Origin: Pocillopora damicornis
Lineage: Eukaryota
DNA: 64,000 bases
NCBI RefSeq assembly: GCF_003704095.1
Contig: NW_020847572.1
Coordinates: 1 to 64,000, forward strand
Reading direction: 5' to 3'
The position numbers and the translations under genes were made by a program. Of the stretch, positions 1 through 13,800 are shown piece by piece (position 1 is the stretch's first letter; every line of letters begins with the position of its first letter). The notes under the pieces are model-generated. The model was given only the letters and a program-made list of their open reading frames with translations. It ran no database searches and was not told where the DNA came from.

Positions 1-1848
1 TACGTCAGAGGACATATCTGCAATAAGAGGACATAAGTGCAACGGTACAAATGTCTCACACCTGCCACTCTCCTCTCGTGCCTCCCTCCGACGGCTTGAA
101 AACGCAGTCTCCTGTTGGAAGGGCCGAGGAGGAATTGGCTTCGACTGAAGCGGCCGTTGAAAGAGGGGAGGGGGAAGTGGTAGGGTGTATACTTCGTGGC
201 TCAGTTCCCCTAATCCCTTACGTGGTTTAGTTTCGAGCGCGTGCAGGCCTTGGTCCTCACATGATGATTTTCAACAACGCATGTGTTCCACCGTGGTGAT
301 ATATTACGGCTGGTTTCATAAGTTTATTCATTCACTCCTTCATTCTTTCATTCTCTCATCCATTGTTTCTCAAATGTACCATGGGTGCTTTTCACCGGCA
401 AAAAGATTAAAAAATTCGGTTAGGTTGTTGTAATAATGAAACCACAGAACCCAGTGAACCATTGGATAGTTACCCAAAAAAAGATCCACGTCTTAATAAG
501 CACCTTTCCCGAAATAGACACCTACCATCTTGGTAAATAAGAAAATACTGGTCCTTCTTAAACAAGTAGATTGTAAAGCAAGTCAACTTACAATAACTAA
601 GCAACAGCTAGCGAGCACACTAATTTATTTTCAAATCAAATGCACAAAAAAAAGAATTCCAGGTCATGTTCACAAAATTATTTACAAGCTACAGTGCATT
701 TTGATGTTAGTCAGACGGACGCTTCAGGTTACTGCATGTATAACAACAGCCTTCACTTACAAAATTGATTTAACTAATGATTTTTACGTGAAATATCTAT
801 CACAAGTACGAGAAAAAAAAGTACCCTGAGAGGCGAACTTTCCTTTTAGGCGCTGGTGTAAGAAAATTTAAAATGTGCCCCTACACATGACCAAAACAAT
901 CGGGCCTCCGTCCACAATCAAGGAAAATAAACAGCACCCGACAGCAGTTTTTCTTTTTCATTTGAGAGGTTCAAGCGCTTTTCGAATGATTGTATCATAA
1001 ACACCAAAAAAACAATAGCAAAGTAATGAAAGCGGCAAATCTGATTATCGGAAGTGAACTGAAATTAGATTTCAACATTTGAAATTCAAAGCCTTCAGGT
1101 GAGGACAATGTATCAAGTGGTCAAATATTCGATTGATTGAGAAGATGGTGCAATCTTTTTTCTTCTGACCAGTCACAGAACAATGTCGTAAAGCGAAACG
1201 AACCAAGAACAATTTCGATTGTCAATTAAAAAGATCTATCACATGTAACCTCTACACCGCTGCTTACCTGAGAGTCTAGTAATGCGCATGCTTAAAACAA
1301 CAATGAACATGTAGGAGGTAGAGGTCACCATTCGTCTCAAAGGAACAATTTTCTCAAAAGGTTATTTAATTGCCTAACCTTATTACTGTCTCTCTCTTAA
1401 GATATCAGTATGAACAGTCATAAAAGACTGTCCTTCTCGGAAGATTAAATACAAAGGAACTGCATAACGTTACTTATTCTGTTAGCAAATTCTCGTTCAC
1501 TGAGTAAACGGGGACGGAAAATTAAAAAGGAAGATGGCCTTGGAGGTGTGAAGTGGGAGTAGAATGTTTTAGTGCCAATACTTGACAATTAGTCCTGACA
1601 CCAAACTAAATGATATAAAAATCTTTGGATGGGAGGGGGAGGAGTGTAAACATGGTATCTGAGCCCCCCCCTCCCCCCACCTCATCCCATCCAAGACCCC
1701 TTTAAATGACTATTCTATGGGTTGACCGGTTACTTTAAGTCTACAATCTACTGAGTAGTTTTGTGGCTTATTTCCTGGAACAACAAGTACCACTGCACGT
1801 GTCTCTATTACTAATTGGATTATTTCTTATCATTATTAGTTGATAGTA

Positions 1849-4800
1849 TCAGTTGTTAGTATTTCCTCCATGGCCTGGATCATTTTGACTGTGAGGCAAA
1901 AGAGCTAAAGATCCTGAAATAAAAAGGACAGATTTCGTATCGGTAAACTAAAATGATAGTATTCTACTTAAATCTAGCGTAAATTATAGCAGCACGACTC
2001 AATCTTGTCGACTGACCGTTAAATTAGGCTACCTACTAATGACTTTGGTCATAAGAATACGATTCACGAACAAGACAATAAGTAACAAGCTCACAGCCCT
2101 ATACATATGGTACGCGCTTCGTATCTCACGGATAGGACTAGTTTAACACTGGCGGATTACGTGTATCAGCAACAAGAACAAGTAGAGCAGCAATTGTAGG
2201 AAACTTTGAACGATCCCGACATAATTTTTTTTGAAAGATTTCCAATCTTGTACCATACAGCAGCAGGAGAAGCGGTGCCGTAATAAATGGTGCTGGGAAT
2301 CGAGAGGACTTGATGCTGTTTTCTTGGGCAAAACACTCAACTATCACAGTACCTCTCTCTCCACCCAGGAGTAAAAATGGGTACTAACAGACTCACCCAA
2401 GAGGGAGTGGCCAAACTTGTTTTCACTTCATGTTGCGGAAACCAGGGCAATTTCCGGCCAGATAGGCCACTTAGCTCGATAGCTGACTTGTAAACATTTC
2501 CCGTCCCGTTTCATACTTTATAAATTACTAATGCTCATTTACGGCCGAGAGGGAGAGCCAGCGGGGTCTACTGTGTTTATGCCCTTTGCTTACTTACCTG
2601 TCCCGAAGTTGTCTATTAGTTCTTCATCACTGTCGGCGTCTGGTGCTGCACTGGTGGGTAAGGGTACATAACGCAACGACCCCCCTGGCTGCGGATGCAA
2701 AGACTCTTCATTCTCACCGTCATCGCTTTCTACCAGGGGGTCCCTCAGTTGTGCACCGTCACTGTATAAGCGGAGGTGAGTGTAGCGGCTTCGTAAAAGG
2801 TTGTAGCGTCTGGAAAAGGAGTACAAGGGAGTTGTTAGCCACAGACTGAAATCGGTCCCGAGTTCTGGGCCTTGAGATATCAAGAAAGATGGGGCCTTTA
2901 ACTCTCGAGATCAGAGGCCGAATTCTCCCAACTAATGAAAATACATCTCTTTGTTAGCTACTAATGAGAAGTTGATGCTCAATCCTTAGAGATACCTTTC
3001 ATAGAAATATCGCAAAAGATAGCGTGCCGGAGTGGTTACGTCGCTACAATTGCAATAAAGTTATCCCAGGAACTAGTCCTTTTTCCTGTCACCTGGCTTT
3101 GAACTCGTTTAGCACGATTCTACGATTCACGATTCGTTTAACATCGATTCTATTTTTGGACTTCGCCAAAACTGAGGTAGGACTGCGCGTGGTCTATCAA
3201 CAGTATTAAAAGGATAATCATATTTCTCTACGGGAACAAAGAACTCACACAAAAAAAAGTTTCGCTGCGGGGATCATTCCTTCACTCAACTTCATGCGCA
3301 GGTCAAAATAAAAGTCATTTCAATAACCTTGTTGCTCCATCATAACATTCACAAACCTGAGGAAATACACCAGAGTCCCAACGAGAAACACAACCACGAG
3401 CGAGGCAGCGACGCCAACACCAATGGCCAACTGCGTACCTGAGCCGGAATCGGAAGACTGTGTTGGAAACAAACCACCGCCACCATAGTCTGTGAAACAA
3501 CAAGAATAACGAAGGTTCTCACCGTCTTGCAAATCGTAATGCACAAAAAATATACTGTATAATAAAATTAAAAACTACGAGTGTGCTTCATATGTACAAC
3601 GTCTCCGGCGGTGCCACACCTCAACTTAAGCAAAAGACATGCAAACAGCATTGAGGAAACTTAAATTGGGAGATTAAGATGTTACAACAGCGACGTGTGG
3701 TAAAAAGGTCGAAAAACGGAATTAATTTTCCTCCAAGATTTTCGCCTCACTTCACTTCGGCATGACATGTAAATTTAATGTTGAGTTCAATCTAAAACCG
3801 GGACTAGATTGCTGTCGAGGTTTTGTTGCTAAGCCTCGCTATTGTTTTGCTCATAAGATCCTTTGTCTCGCTACGTTCTTGTTGCCGTTGCCGTCGCCGT
3901 CGTGGTTTTCTCAAAGTCCCTGATAAGTCGCCTTCACGGTTTCTGCCCTCAGTTTCGAGAATATGGTGTTAGATCAAGAAAACCTCTACCTGATCAGTTG
4001 GCGTATTCTCGTTACCTGTTTGCTTGCTAATGTATGGATATTAAAGGGAGAAGTTACATGTTCATAACTCCTGGGAGTTGAAGGGTTAAAGGCAAAACTC
4101 AAGTTCCTCCTCTCATAGATGATATCTCATATGAATGCAAGAAGCTTCTCTCCTTCGTTGCATGCATTGGATACAGTATCACAGATCAAGGTACCTCTAT
4201 TTGGTAGCACCTCGACGTGTGTGACTCTGACAGTCAAATCCTTAGGCAGCTGGATCTTGACCGAACCCATCTCCACCTTAAACTTCAGTAAATCCACAAT
4301 CTGAGGAAGCAAAGACAAGTCAAGTCTTGTACCACGGGGCGGGCGGTACAAAATATTGACACAAAACAAAACAACATAGAGACAAAACTGCAAACGGATG
4401 GGGGGGGGGGGGGGGGGCGAAACTGGAAGGTAACGCTAAAAAAAACCGTTTTGTCTGGTGTTTTTTTTCCAAAAGGATCTGGCCTACGATGCCAAATCTT
4501 AGGAGTCTTAATCCGAAGGAAAATGGGACTGTTATGCTGTCTGCATAGAGAAGAGACTGAAATTTGTTTACCAATAGTACTGAGATCAAATTTTAATAAC
4601 AAACAGTTTTCCTTAAAAAAAACAAAAAAAGAAATTTAATTATAACTTTGTCCCTTTTGATGTGGTCACTTCGGATGTGGATCGCAGCGTTTCGACTGCA
4701 TACAGCTAGTCTTCTTCAGGCGATGAGGTGGATTGAGTACGCGTTACTTATATGCTGTTTTGATTAGCTGTGATTGGATGGAATTCCACATTTTAACGAT

Positions 4801-7800
4801 TGTATAATACTATTGCCATGGATAAGCAGGCGACATGTGACATGCGCAGACGTTACTTGGCACTGTAGTTCGCATCTACATTCATTCTTCGAAGGTCGTT
4901 TGCTAGTAAGCCTCGATCCAAATTTTCTAACGCACGTCCTCCTATATCGAAGGTGGAATAACGAAATTACAAACACTTACCTCATCTGCTGATTTGCTAG
5001 TGTTGGTTTGAGCAGGTACTATAGACACATCACTTCTAGTCGGCAGCCCGCGTAACACAAAAACTTCAAGGCGTTTAGGGTCGACATCCAGCATCTAAAA
5101 AAGACAGCAAAAGATAACACGATTATGAAAAATATCTATAGTTAACTCCTCGTCGTGTTTTGTATGGAGTTTACAATAAAAAGCAAACAAAACCTTTCTA
5201 AGGTTCTGCCCTTTCCCTATTTCCTTACATAACGTATCCGAGGGAAAATTTCTCTAAAGAGTAAGGAAATAGAAATACACCAAAATAAAACCCTGACAGC
5301 CAAAATTTTAAAAACCAAACCACTCAAGAACAAATTCTTGAAGGACGTGGATGATTCCGGGGGGGAAGGTCACGAGTTAAATGCAAACCCCTATCTCTCT
5401 CTCTGTGAAAAATTAGTTTATCTATAAACAATAATCACAAAAATAATACTAAAAGCTAAAATAATACTACAAATGATCATAATGAAGATGATAATAATAC
5501 TAAAAGACCCTGACGTTTCCCTCAATGTAAATTAGAATTTTGTCTGAGATCTCCCGCCTCCAAATGGCTTGGGAGTATCTTTACGGAGTATTACCTTAGA
5601 AAGAGCGGTTTCTAGACGCTTGGCGAAAAACTCTCTCCATTGCCATGTTTTGTCATTGTTTTCATCCAACACCGCGTCGAATAAGAGACGCACAGTGAGA
5701 AGATTATCTGAAGTTAAAAAAAAGAAAAAAAAACCGATTAAGCAACTTTTTCCAGAGACCTTTCGCTTTCGCACTTGTACGCAGCACGAAAGGCATTTTG
5801 TTGAAAACTAAGCTCGTACACGACATAAATGACAAGGGTTAAAATACGTTCGAGAAGTGAGTGTTTTGGGCGTATGTGCTACTTCAGTTTGAAAAAAAGA
5901 GAGATTTTTCCCGTTATACTCCGTAAAACTGTGATGTGCAACCTACCTATTCAAAACACCNNNNNNNNNNNNNNNNNNNNNNNNNNNNNNNNNNNNNNNN
6001 NNNNNNNNNNNNNNNNNNNNNNNNNNNNNNNNNNNNNNNNNNNNNNNNNNNNNNNNNNNNNNNNNNNNNNNNNNNNNNNNNNNNNNNNNNNNNNNNNNNN
6101 NNNNNNNNNNNNNNNNNNNNNNNNNNNNNNNNNNNNNNNNNNNNNNNNNNNNNNNNNNNNNNNNNNNNNNNNNNNNNNNNNNNNNNNNNNNNNNNNNNNN
6201 NNNNNNNNNNNNNNNNNNNNNNNNNNNNNNNNNNNNNNNNNNNNNNNNNNNNNNNNNNNNNNNNNNNNNNNNNNNNNNNNNNNNNNNNNNNNNNNNNNNN
6301 NNNNNNNNNNNNNNNNNNNNCCCACCCCGAGCGGATCCTTGTAGACCTATTACACCTAAACATTAGTATCCATATTCTCCACACAGTAATCTTCATATTT
6401 CTTACGGTAATGGCAAGGAGAATTTGTTTTACAATCAGGAGCTTCTTACATTGGCGATCATTTCCTTTCTACTCATGACATTTTCATTTGATTCAAGGAT
6501 GTTACTGTGAGGAGAAATTAGAAGCCAATCACTCTGAGGGGTTTAAGGGTTCACTTACCATACACAGTTACTGTTGTACTGCCAATTGTCTGTCCAATCC
6601 CATTACTGGCTTGGACAGACACTTTATAGATGCCTGCTTTGTTGTATACGTAGTGCACCTCGCTCTCCCAAGTCAATAAAGGAAGCGTGTTTTTGTCGTT
6701 CTGGTCAAATGTCCACATGTAATGTGTTAAGCCAAAATTTGGGCTTGATGTTTGCTGTTGAGCCCAGGCAGTGGAGTGCAGAGTGGCGTTGAACCACGCC
6801 TCAACGCCAACTACCACTGCGTGAGGCGGTTCGATATCGACTTCTTTAATAAGATCTACAGACAAAGAGAAAAGGCAAAATTATCATGAATCGCGAGTAA
6901 AACAAAAAAGACAAGCGTGAAAGTACAACTGGCATAGCTTCTCGTTAAGGACCGAACGCAAAACCATCGCAGTGAGCATCTGCTCTCACAACTGCAGTAC
7001 AGGAGTGTTCTAGCACTTTGCCGGTGCTCATTTTAACTCCTGAGTGAAGAGAGGCACATAAGACAGTTAAACATCCCCAGTAAACTTAATTTGAAGGAGC
7101 TTATGAGAATCAGCCAGGGATATGACTTAAAAGCAGATATTATTCTCTCCAAAGCGGTTTAATAATCGAACCACCCAGACACTCGGAGCCTTAATACCAA
7201 AGCAACCCGATGATGTCGAGGGATTTTGCAATTTCTGCAGCACGAGGTGACCAGTAATGTGGCTACCTTCAGAGGGTAGGGGGCTGTTATGGAACGTGAA
7301 AGCCTTATCGTACTCCAAGCCAAACGTAACCCGTTTCCCGAAATGGCTACTGCTTTATTTCTTGGCACTAACAAACCTTTTTACAATCTAAACAGTGTCA
7401 AGAGGCAAGGCATAAGGAGGAAGCAATTCCGAGAAATTTCTAAAAGTGATAACTGCTGTGTGATAAGCTTATAGTAGAATTCTTGTTTCCCTTCTTTCTG
7501 AGGGATGTCGAAACTGTTTTAAGTTTTATCTACGTCTTACCTAGGACTATAACTTCTGTGGTTCCGTTATCTTGGCCAGCAGTGTTTCCAGCAGCCACGC
7601 TTACATTGTAGGTGCCATGATGAAAGAAAGTGTGGGAGATGTTTTCAGCATTGCTAAGTCCAGTGATGTTCTTCCTTTTACTGCCATCTCCAAAGTTCCA
7701 TTCATACCACGTGGATTCTGTGGAGCCCTGGATGTTAAAGTAGACGTAGACTATTAGAAGATATCTTTAACAAATTACCACTACTCGCATCTTGAGATTC

Positions 7801-10800
7801 CGAAGAGTAATCTCTTAGTTCAAATACAGTTCATATGTATGGACACTTTGAACATGGACGCCACCATTTTGAGTTCTAAGTAACCTGGCCGTACACGGAG
7901 ACCCACCACACGGCGTTGTTCTGGTTATCGCAACAACAACAAAATTAGATCAAAGTCAGAATCTGAGCACTTGTACAGCTACCCCTCCCCTAACCCAATA
8001 TTAATCCGAACTTGTAATCAGCCGACTGTTGTCGGGTTAGGGGAGGGGAGGGGTAGGGACGCAGTTGCTCAGATACTGACATTGATCCAAAAAAATTATT
8101 ACTCGAGTCAAGACTCCTTGTTTGAATAGCTTCTAATTAGTCACACCTATGACCAACGGAAAAATTGGCGTGAAAAAAATTTAATACTTCGTCTAGGAAA
8201 TACTTCCGAGGTGGTCGCTGTTGCTGGAGCAAGGCCCAGTGACATTTAACCTGCTTAATTATTTACAAAATTTAAAATTTTCCCCTACCTGTCCCTGAGC
8301 AAGAGAGAAGGTCACTTTTGTGTTTGTTTCCACGTACAATTTTCCAAACGTGATTCTGAGATCTGAAGGTGCTGAAGAAAGCAAAATGTTTGTTACCAAT
8401 CATCATTCGTAAAAGAAAACGAAGGCTATCAAGTGAAATGTAAAACGGTGGTATAATGATCACATCACAGATGATCTGCCGGCGAAAGTGGTTTAACACT
8501 AATGGGATTCTGCTCTAATTTATTTGTTAGTGCAATGGTTTGAAAACTATGGATCAGAGGTGCAGGAGAAGCTGTTAATGATCTTTACAATTCTCAGTAT
8601 CCTAAAAAGTCATAAAAACAGCTATTGATCAAAGGTCATGGGGAGAAATTTTCAATAAAGTGTCGGAAGTATCGAGGATCGCATTGTTTTCCTTCGCTCG
8701 TCATTAGTCTAGAATATTCGCGCCGCCTAATCCACCAATCAGATGCAAAACTGAAACCAGCCGCGTCGACGTCACCCGCGTTTTCCCGCGCTTCAAGCGG
8801 TTTGTTTGTTTCTATTCTCGGTTTTCATTGACTCCTTGTAATACTCTCCTTTGTTGCGATTGGCCCTAGAGATAACTTTGCTTTTTGGTTTTTTGGAAAG
8901 CGTTTTATTTGTCAATACCGAGCTACTTGTACAATTCAACTATATCTCCTGACTGTGCCTTAATACAACTACCATAAATCGTAGCAACACGTCCTCTTCA
9001 GAATCAACGATGCGACTACGAGTACAAAGAGAATTCAACACGGCGTTCACATACCTTTTATTGGACAATTCCTTATCTCTGGCATTAACTTATCTTCGCG
9101 CCCGCCCTTGCAGCGATCTCCGACAACTTTCCTGTAACTGTAATAGAATGAAGAAACCTTAACACCACCAAAAATACACTGGAGCGTTCCACTACAGTCC
9201 GTTCAAAAACATGGAAAAGTTTTTCTTTGAGATAAAATTGAGGTTTCAACGTGTTGCCACTAACAACATGGACCTTACTTCATTCAACGGGTTTTTCATC
9301 GTCCTCTTCCATTATTCATTGTTGTACTGATAGAGAAATTCCCCATTCAGTGTCGAAAATAACTACTTGTTCCATTAGTTTTGCTCCTGCCTTTCTTTGT
9401 TTTTTTGACTTTGATTTCTCCTTAACTGGTCATATTTTCTTTTAATCTGATGGTCGTTGTGATTATTTTTCTTTAATTTTACGAAATCTTTAGCACGAAA
9501 GGAGTCGCACGACCTTAGTAACTAAAGGGAACTTCTCGTGTTGTTTATCAATCTTACCCACGACTGTGCGGATACGTTTTTCCCTCTGGGCAATGAGCTG
9601 GCACTGGAGCTGCGTCGGCCGTGGGCTCACACACTTTAGAGAGCTCTGAGTGTTCGTAGCCAAAGTCACTTATTTAAAAACAAAAATATAAAATATTACT
9701 ATAGACTTATTAGCCTATATGCTGCAATCTGATTGGCTACACCAGTCGCCGTCCGTTGCCGCGCGTCTGCTGACGTCAAAGTGTGGTAAGAACAAAAAGG
9801 TGGCAGATGAAGTACAGCTGATCGTGTCCCTTGTGTTCCTAATACATCATGACTTCCTCTGTGATCTCTTACTGTACAGACTTACGGCAACATGAGTTTA
9901 TAATAAAGTAGCAAAATGTTGCTAATTGCGACTTCTTCTACACATTTGTACTCCTAAAGATCATCGGTAAGAACCTAATAAAAATGTATGTATCATTCAG
10001 TTTATTGTAAAATTCTTGTTAGAGAGTAAAATGAGTAGTGTCCACCAAGTGGTATGACAATTTTGAGTATTTAGGCGTAAACCTTCATCCGCGAAAAAAA
10101 GCTTCCAGCCGGAAAAAAAAATCCGAGAAATAAAAGACAGTATAAACCTTTTACTTGAACCCATATAGAATCAAATTCTGCACAGCGTTTGTAACTCACC
10201 ATTCAAAATCGTCTTCTTCACAGGCGCAAGTTGTAATATTGATTTCTCTCTCGTATTCCTTTCCGTTGAAGCAGCAATCTCCGCTTTTGCGACGTTCATA
10301 TACGAAGTGTTGACCCAGTAAACATTCCCCGTCAATACGCTACAAGAGAAAAAAGGGAAGAAAAGAGCTAGAATAAAATCAGGATGGCCTTGAGTGGAGG
10401 AAAATTGCTGTGTGATAACCGCGATCTATTCAACAAAATAGAATCGCTAGATAACTATTTAACTCCCTATCATTAAACCCATTATCACAATGATTATTGC
10501 TATAATTATCATTCACCTTATTGCAATCGTTAATGTTACCGTTCTTGTCAGTATCACTTTTATTGCTTAAAAGAAAATTATTACTTAAAAGACAAGACCT
10601 GCGAAACATTTTGGAAAAAAGTTACAATGGCCAACTCACAAATTCCACATTTTACGATACAGTATCATAGAACTGATATATCCCTTTGGGTACAACACTA
10701 TTTGCTTTCAAGTAACAGCACAATATTTTTGTTTCAGTAAGTTTTACTTCTCATGAAAGGGGGAAAAAGAGAAAAAAGAAAAAAATACCTCGAAAAAACT

Positions 10801-13800
10801 TGGGAACAGTTCGGCTGTTATGATTTAGTGCAATTACTACTTACAATGATTCTTCAAATTAAAGCTCTGTAAATAGCAGCAGTTCATTGGAAAAACTGGC
10901 TTTTGCAATTATGCTTTTGAAGTTTTAGTTCGTCAGCTTAAATCAGTTTTCTGGACTACATTATAATACATTAAATATTATCTAATTGACCTAAAAGTTG
11001 TTCTTCTCTTCACTTGAGGCGGTATAACACTACCTAGATTGTCCTAGAGCGCAGTTCCATTGATAATGCCAAAGGAAAAAAATAACACAAGGAGCAAGCG
11101 AGAAGCAAAAAGAGCAAACTGAAAAAAGAAAACAAACAAACAAAAAAAAAAAAGCGCGGGAAAATGAGAGTGACCTAGACGCGATTGGTATCAGATTTGC
11201 TTCTGATTGGTTGAGAAGATGGCATGAGTTTTCTGAACCAATCACGGTGCAAAATGAAGAAAACCAAAGCATTCCCAGATAACTCTCGGCAAAATTTTTC
11301 AACACTCAATAAAAAACCGCTCTAAGGACGATAATTCTTAGTTGTTACCTCATCGTTGGGAGACCAAGTTGTATAGTTATCTGCTAGGCACTTCTGGTTG
11401 AGAACTGACGTGAAGTTCAGTTTTACCGAGAGCCATTTAAATGTGCGGCCTGTATGCTGACCAAATACACTGATAAATTCAAAATGGAAATACGATTTAA
11501 TTTCTCTTTCACAGCTTTACGAATTAACTCTTAAAGTTAAAGTTGATAGTAGCGCCAAATTGGTATCTGGGAACCACGGGTTCGAATCTCATCGAAGCCT
11601 GAATTTTCTCAGACTTCTTTACTGCAGTTGCTGAAATGACAGTGGTGATAAATGACTTGCGGGGATCATTGCGTTCGTTGATTTAGTTTCTGTTTTCCTG
11701 CGAGGGACGGTTTCTATATTGCTAGTCTGAGCAGTTTTCAAGGAGCGTGACAACAAACCCACCAGTGCGCATTCCGATTGGGTACCGCAAAATCAAATCA
11801 AACCAATCAGATTAAAGAATAATTACCGAAGGAGCCAATGACAACTCACGGTAGGCACCGATATCCAGGCCTCAAAGGCGGAAAATATGAGCGAACATGA
11901 AACAATCAGAATTTAATCCTGCGTATGGTGTGACATGATTTACATTGGGACACCGAAACAACAAGGTGAACAAGATCTTTTACTTTGATCAAAACACAAT
12001 TGCACCAAACACAAAAAATGCAAAGGAATGAAATTTAAAAGTTTGCAAAAGGAGCGTCATTCACCTCTGTTTTGTTTACAAATTACACCGGAGCATATTT
12101 AAACTACATAGATATAGGAATTCCTTACTTGATGATAAGAGTTGTTCCTCCCGGCTCAGTGACCATGCCAAAAACAGTCACTGGTTCCTTTCCTAGAGAA
12201 ACATTTTTCCAAGCCTGTCCTTCAGTGCAACTATACCTGCAAAAGAATTATTTTGTGATTTAGGTGAGGTTAAACACAAAACAATGGTAGCCACCGGTAT
12301 CCAGAAAGAAAATTACATGGGCGGCTCCAAGGTCGAGCATTTCGGGCTGACAATCATGTGCATCATCGCAATGGAAAATGCTAAAACAAAGACCTTACCA
12401 CACTGTGTCAGCGTTCCGTACGAGCGGGACTGCTGCCAAAATACCACCATGATCTCCGATTACAAAATCATGGTAGCCGTTAAATTCCTGTCGAAAATTA
12501 CCAATTCAAATGAGTAAAATAAATTACATGAGGCCTTTACCGACGGAACAAATATATCCATGTTCAAAACGACGGCTGATCATTAAGAAACTCTCCATAT
12601 AGAAAAAAAACAGTTAATTTGAGTCTCTGAGGATAAAAACCATTGGTTTTGCATATTCAGCCTCGAAAAAGAGTTAAAAAAAAAAAAAACAAAACAAAAC
12701 AAAACAAAACTATACGCTGGAACTCAGAATATTGACTGCGTGATAGAGTGTTGTATCAGCCACGAAAATGTATGATCTTATACTTTTCATCATTTCAATT
12801 GCTTAATTCCTTCTGAAATCATCTTAACTTCGATCGCCATTTCAGAGAAGGGCTCTTCTCCAATGACTCGTTCTCTCACCTTGGTCCATGATAATCCTCC
12901 GTCCCTTGATAGATAAAGGCCAACCGGTCTTTGACGTAAAGTACTGCCTAAGTTACCTGAAGGTGAATATTGAATCATTTGTTTTAAAACAGTTTTCATA
13001 TTAGTGAACAAAATCTCTTTAATCCTTTCATTGTCGGGTTAAACAATTTATCGCCTTAATGATTGGAACGTGAACGATCGCTATAATTAAAAAATTTACC
13101 ATTTCTCTCATTTAAAATTTAACCACTTCACTTCATATCAAATCTATCATTCCTCTCCTTCAGAAATTAAACCTTTCTTTCAAAAAACTTTTAAACCTTT
13201 CAAAAATCCAGCATCACTCGAGTTCAATATTTAACACTCTTTCTTCTTCAAAAATTTATCGACTCTCTTGTTCACAAATTTACCATCTCTCCTGTTCAAG
13301 AAGTTACTATCTCTCTTGCTCAAAAATTTACTATCTCTCTTGTTCAAAATTTTGTCATTTCTCTTGTTAAAAAAATTTACCATTTCTTTTGTTCAAAATT
13401 TCACCATCTCTCTAGCTCAAAAACTAACCATCCTTCTTCTCCTTTATTTCACTCCATTGTAATTACTGAATTGTGCTTGAATTCTGAATCTGTAGAAAGT
13501 ACATTACCTTGAGCCACAATGATTCCCACGGCTGAGGAAGATGACAGGACAGGAGGGATGTACAAATACCATCGGCCCAGCACCATATGAACGTGAAGAG
13601 AACATTTGGGCTGCAGAGAGATTTTTACAAAAACTGGTTCAATTCCTAGCCTACCAAAATTTAAAACCTTTGGAAATGTTGCATACAACATTTTATATAT
13701 AGAATACTGAATAATAACACTTCAACTATCAAAAAAGGTGAACAAGAAACTTCTCATAGCAATTTTCTTACGATGATCAGCAAACAGATGACGAGAATCG

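Noticed and set aside
1-365. GC-richer segment ending in an (ATTC)n-like tract, possibly a LINE/SINE 3' end
   Set aside because: Truncated by the window edge, with no coding remnant that I can identify.
5829-6478. ORFs spanning N-runs (also 50437-51667, 59836-60087, 61359-61595, 63224-63497)
   Set aside because: Artefacts of translating through assembly gaps; the only real coding parts are the exons already annotated.
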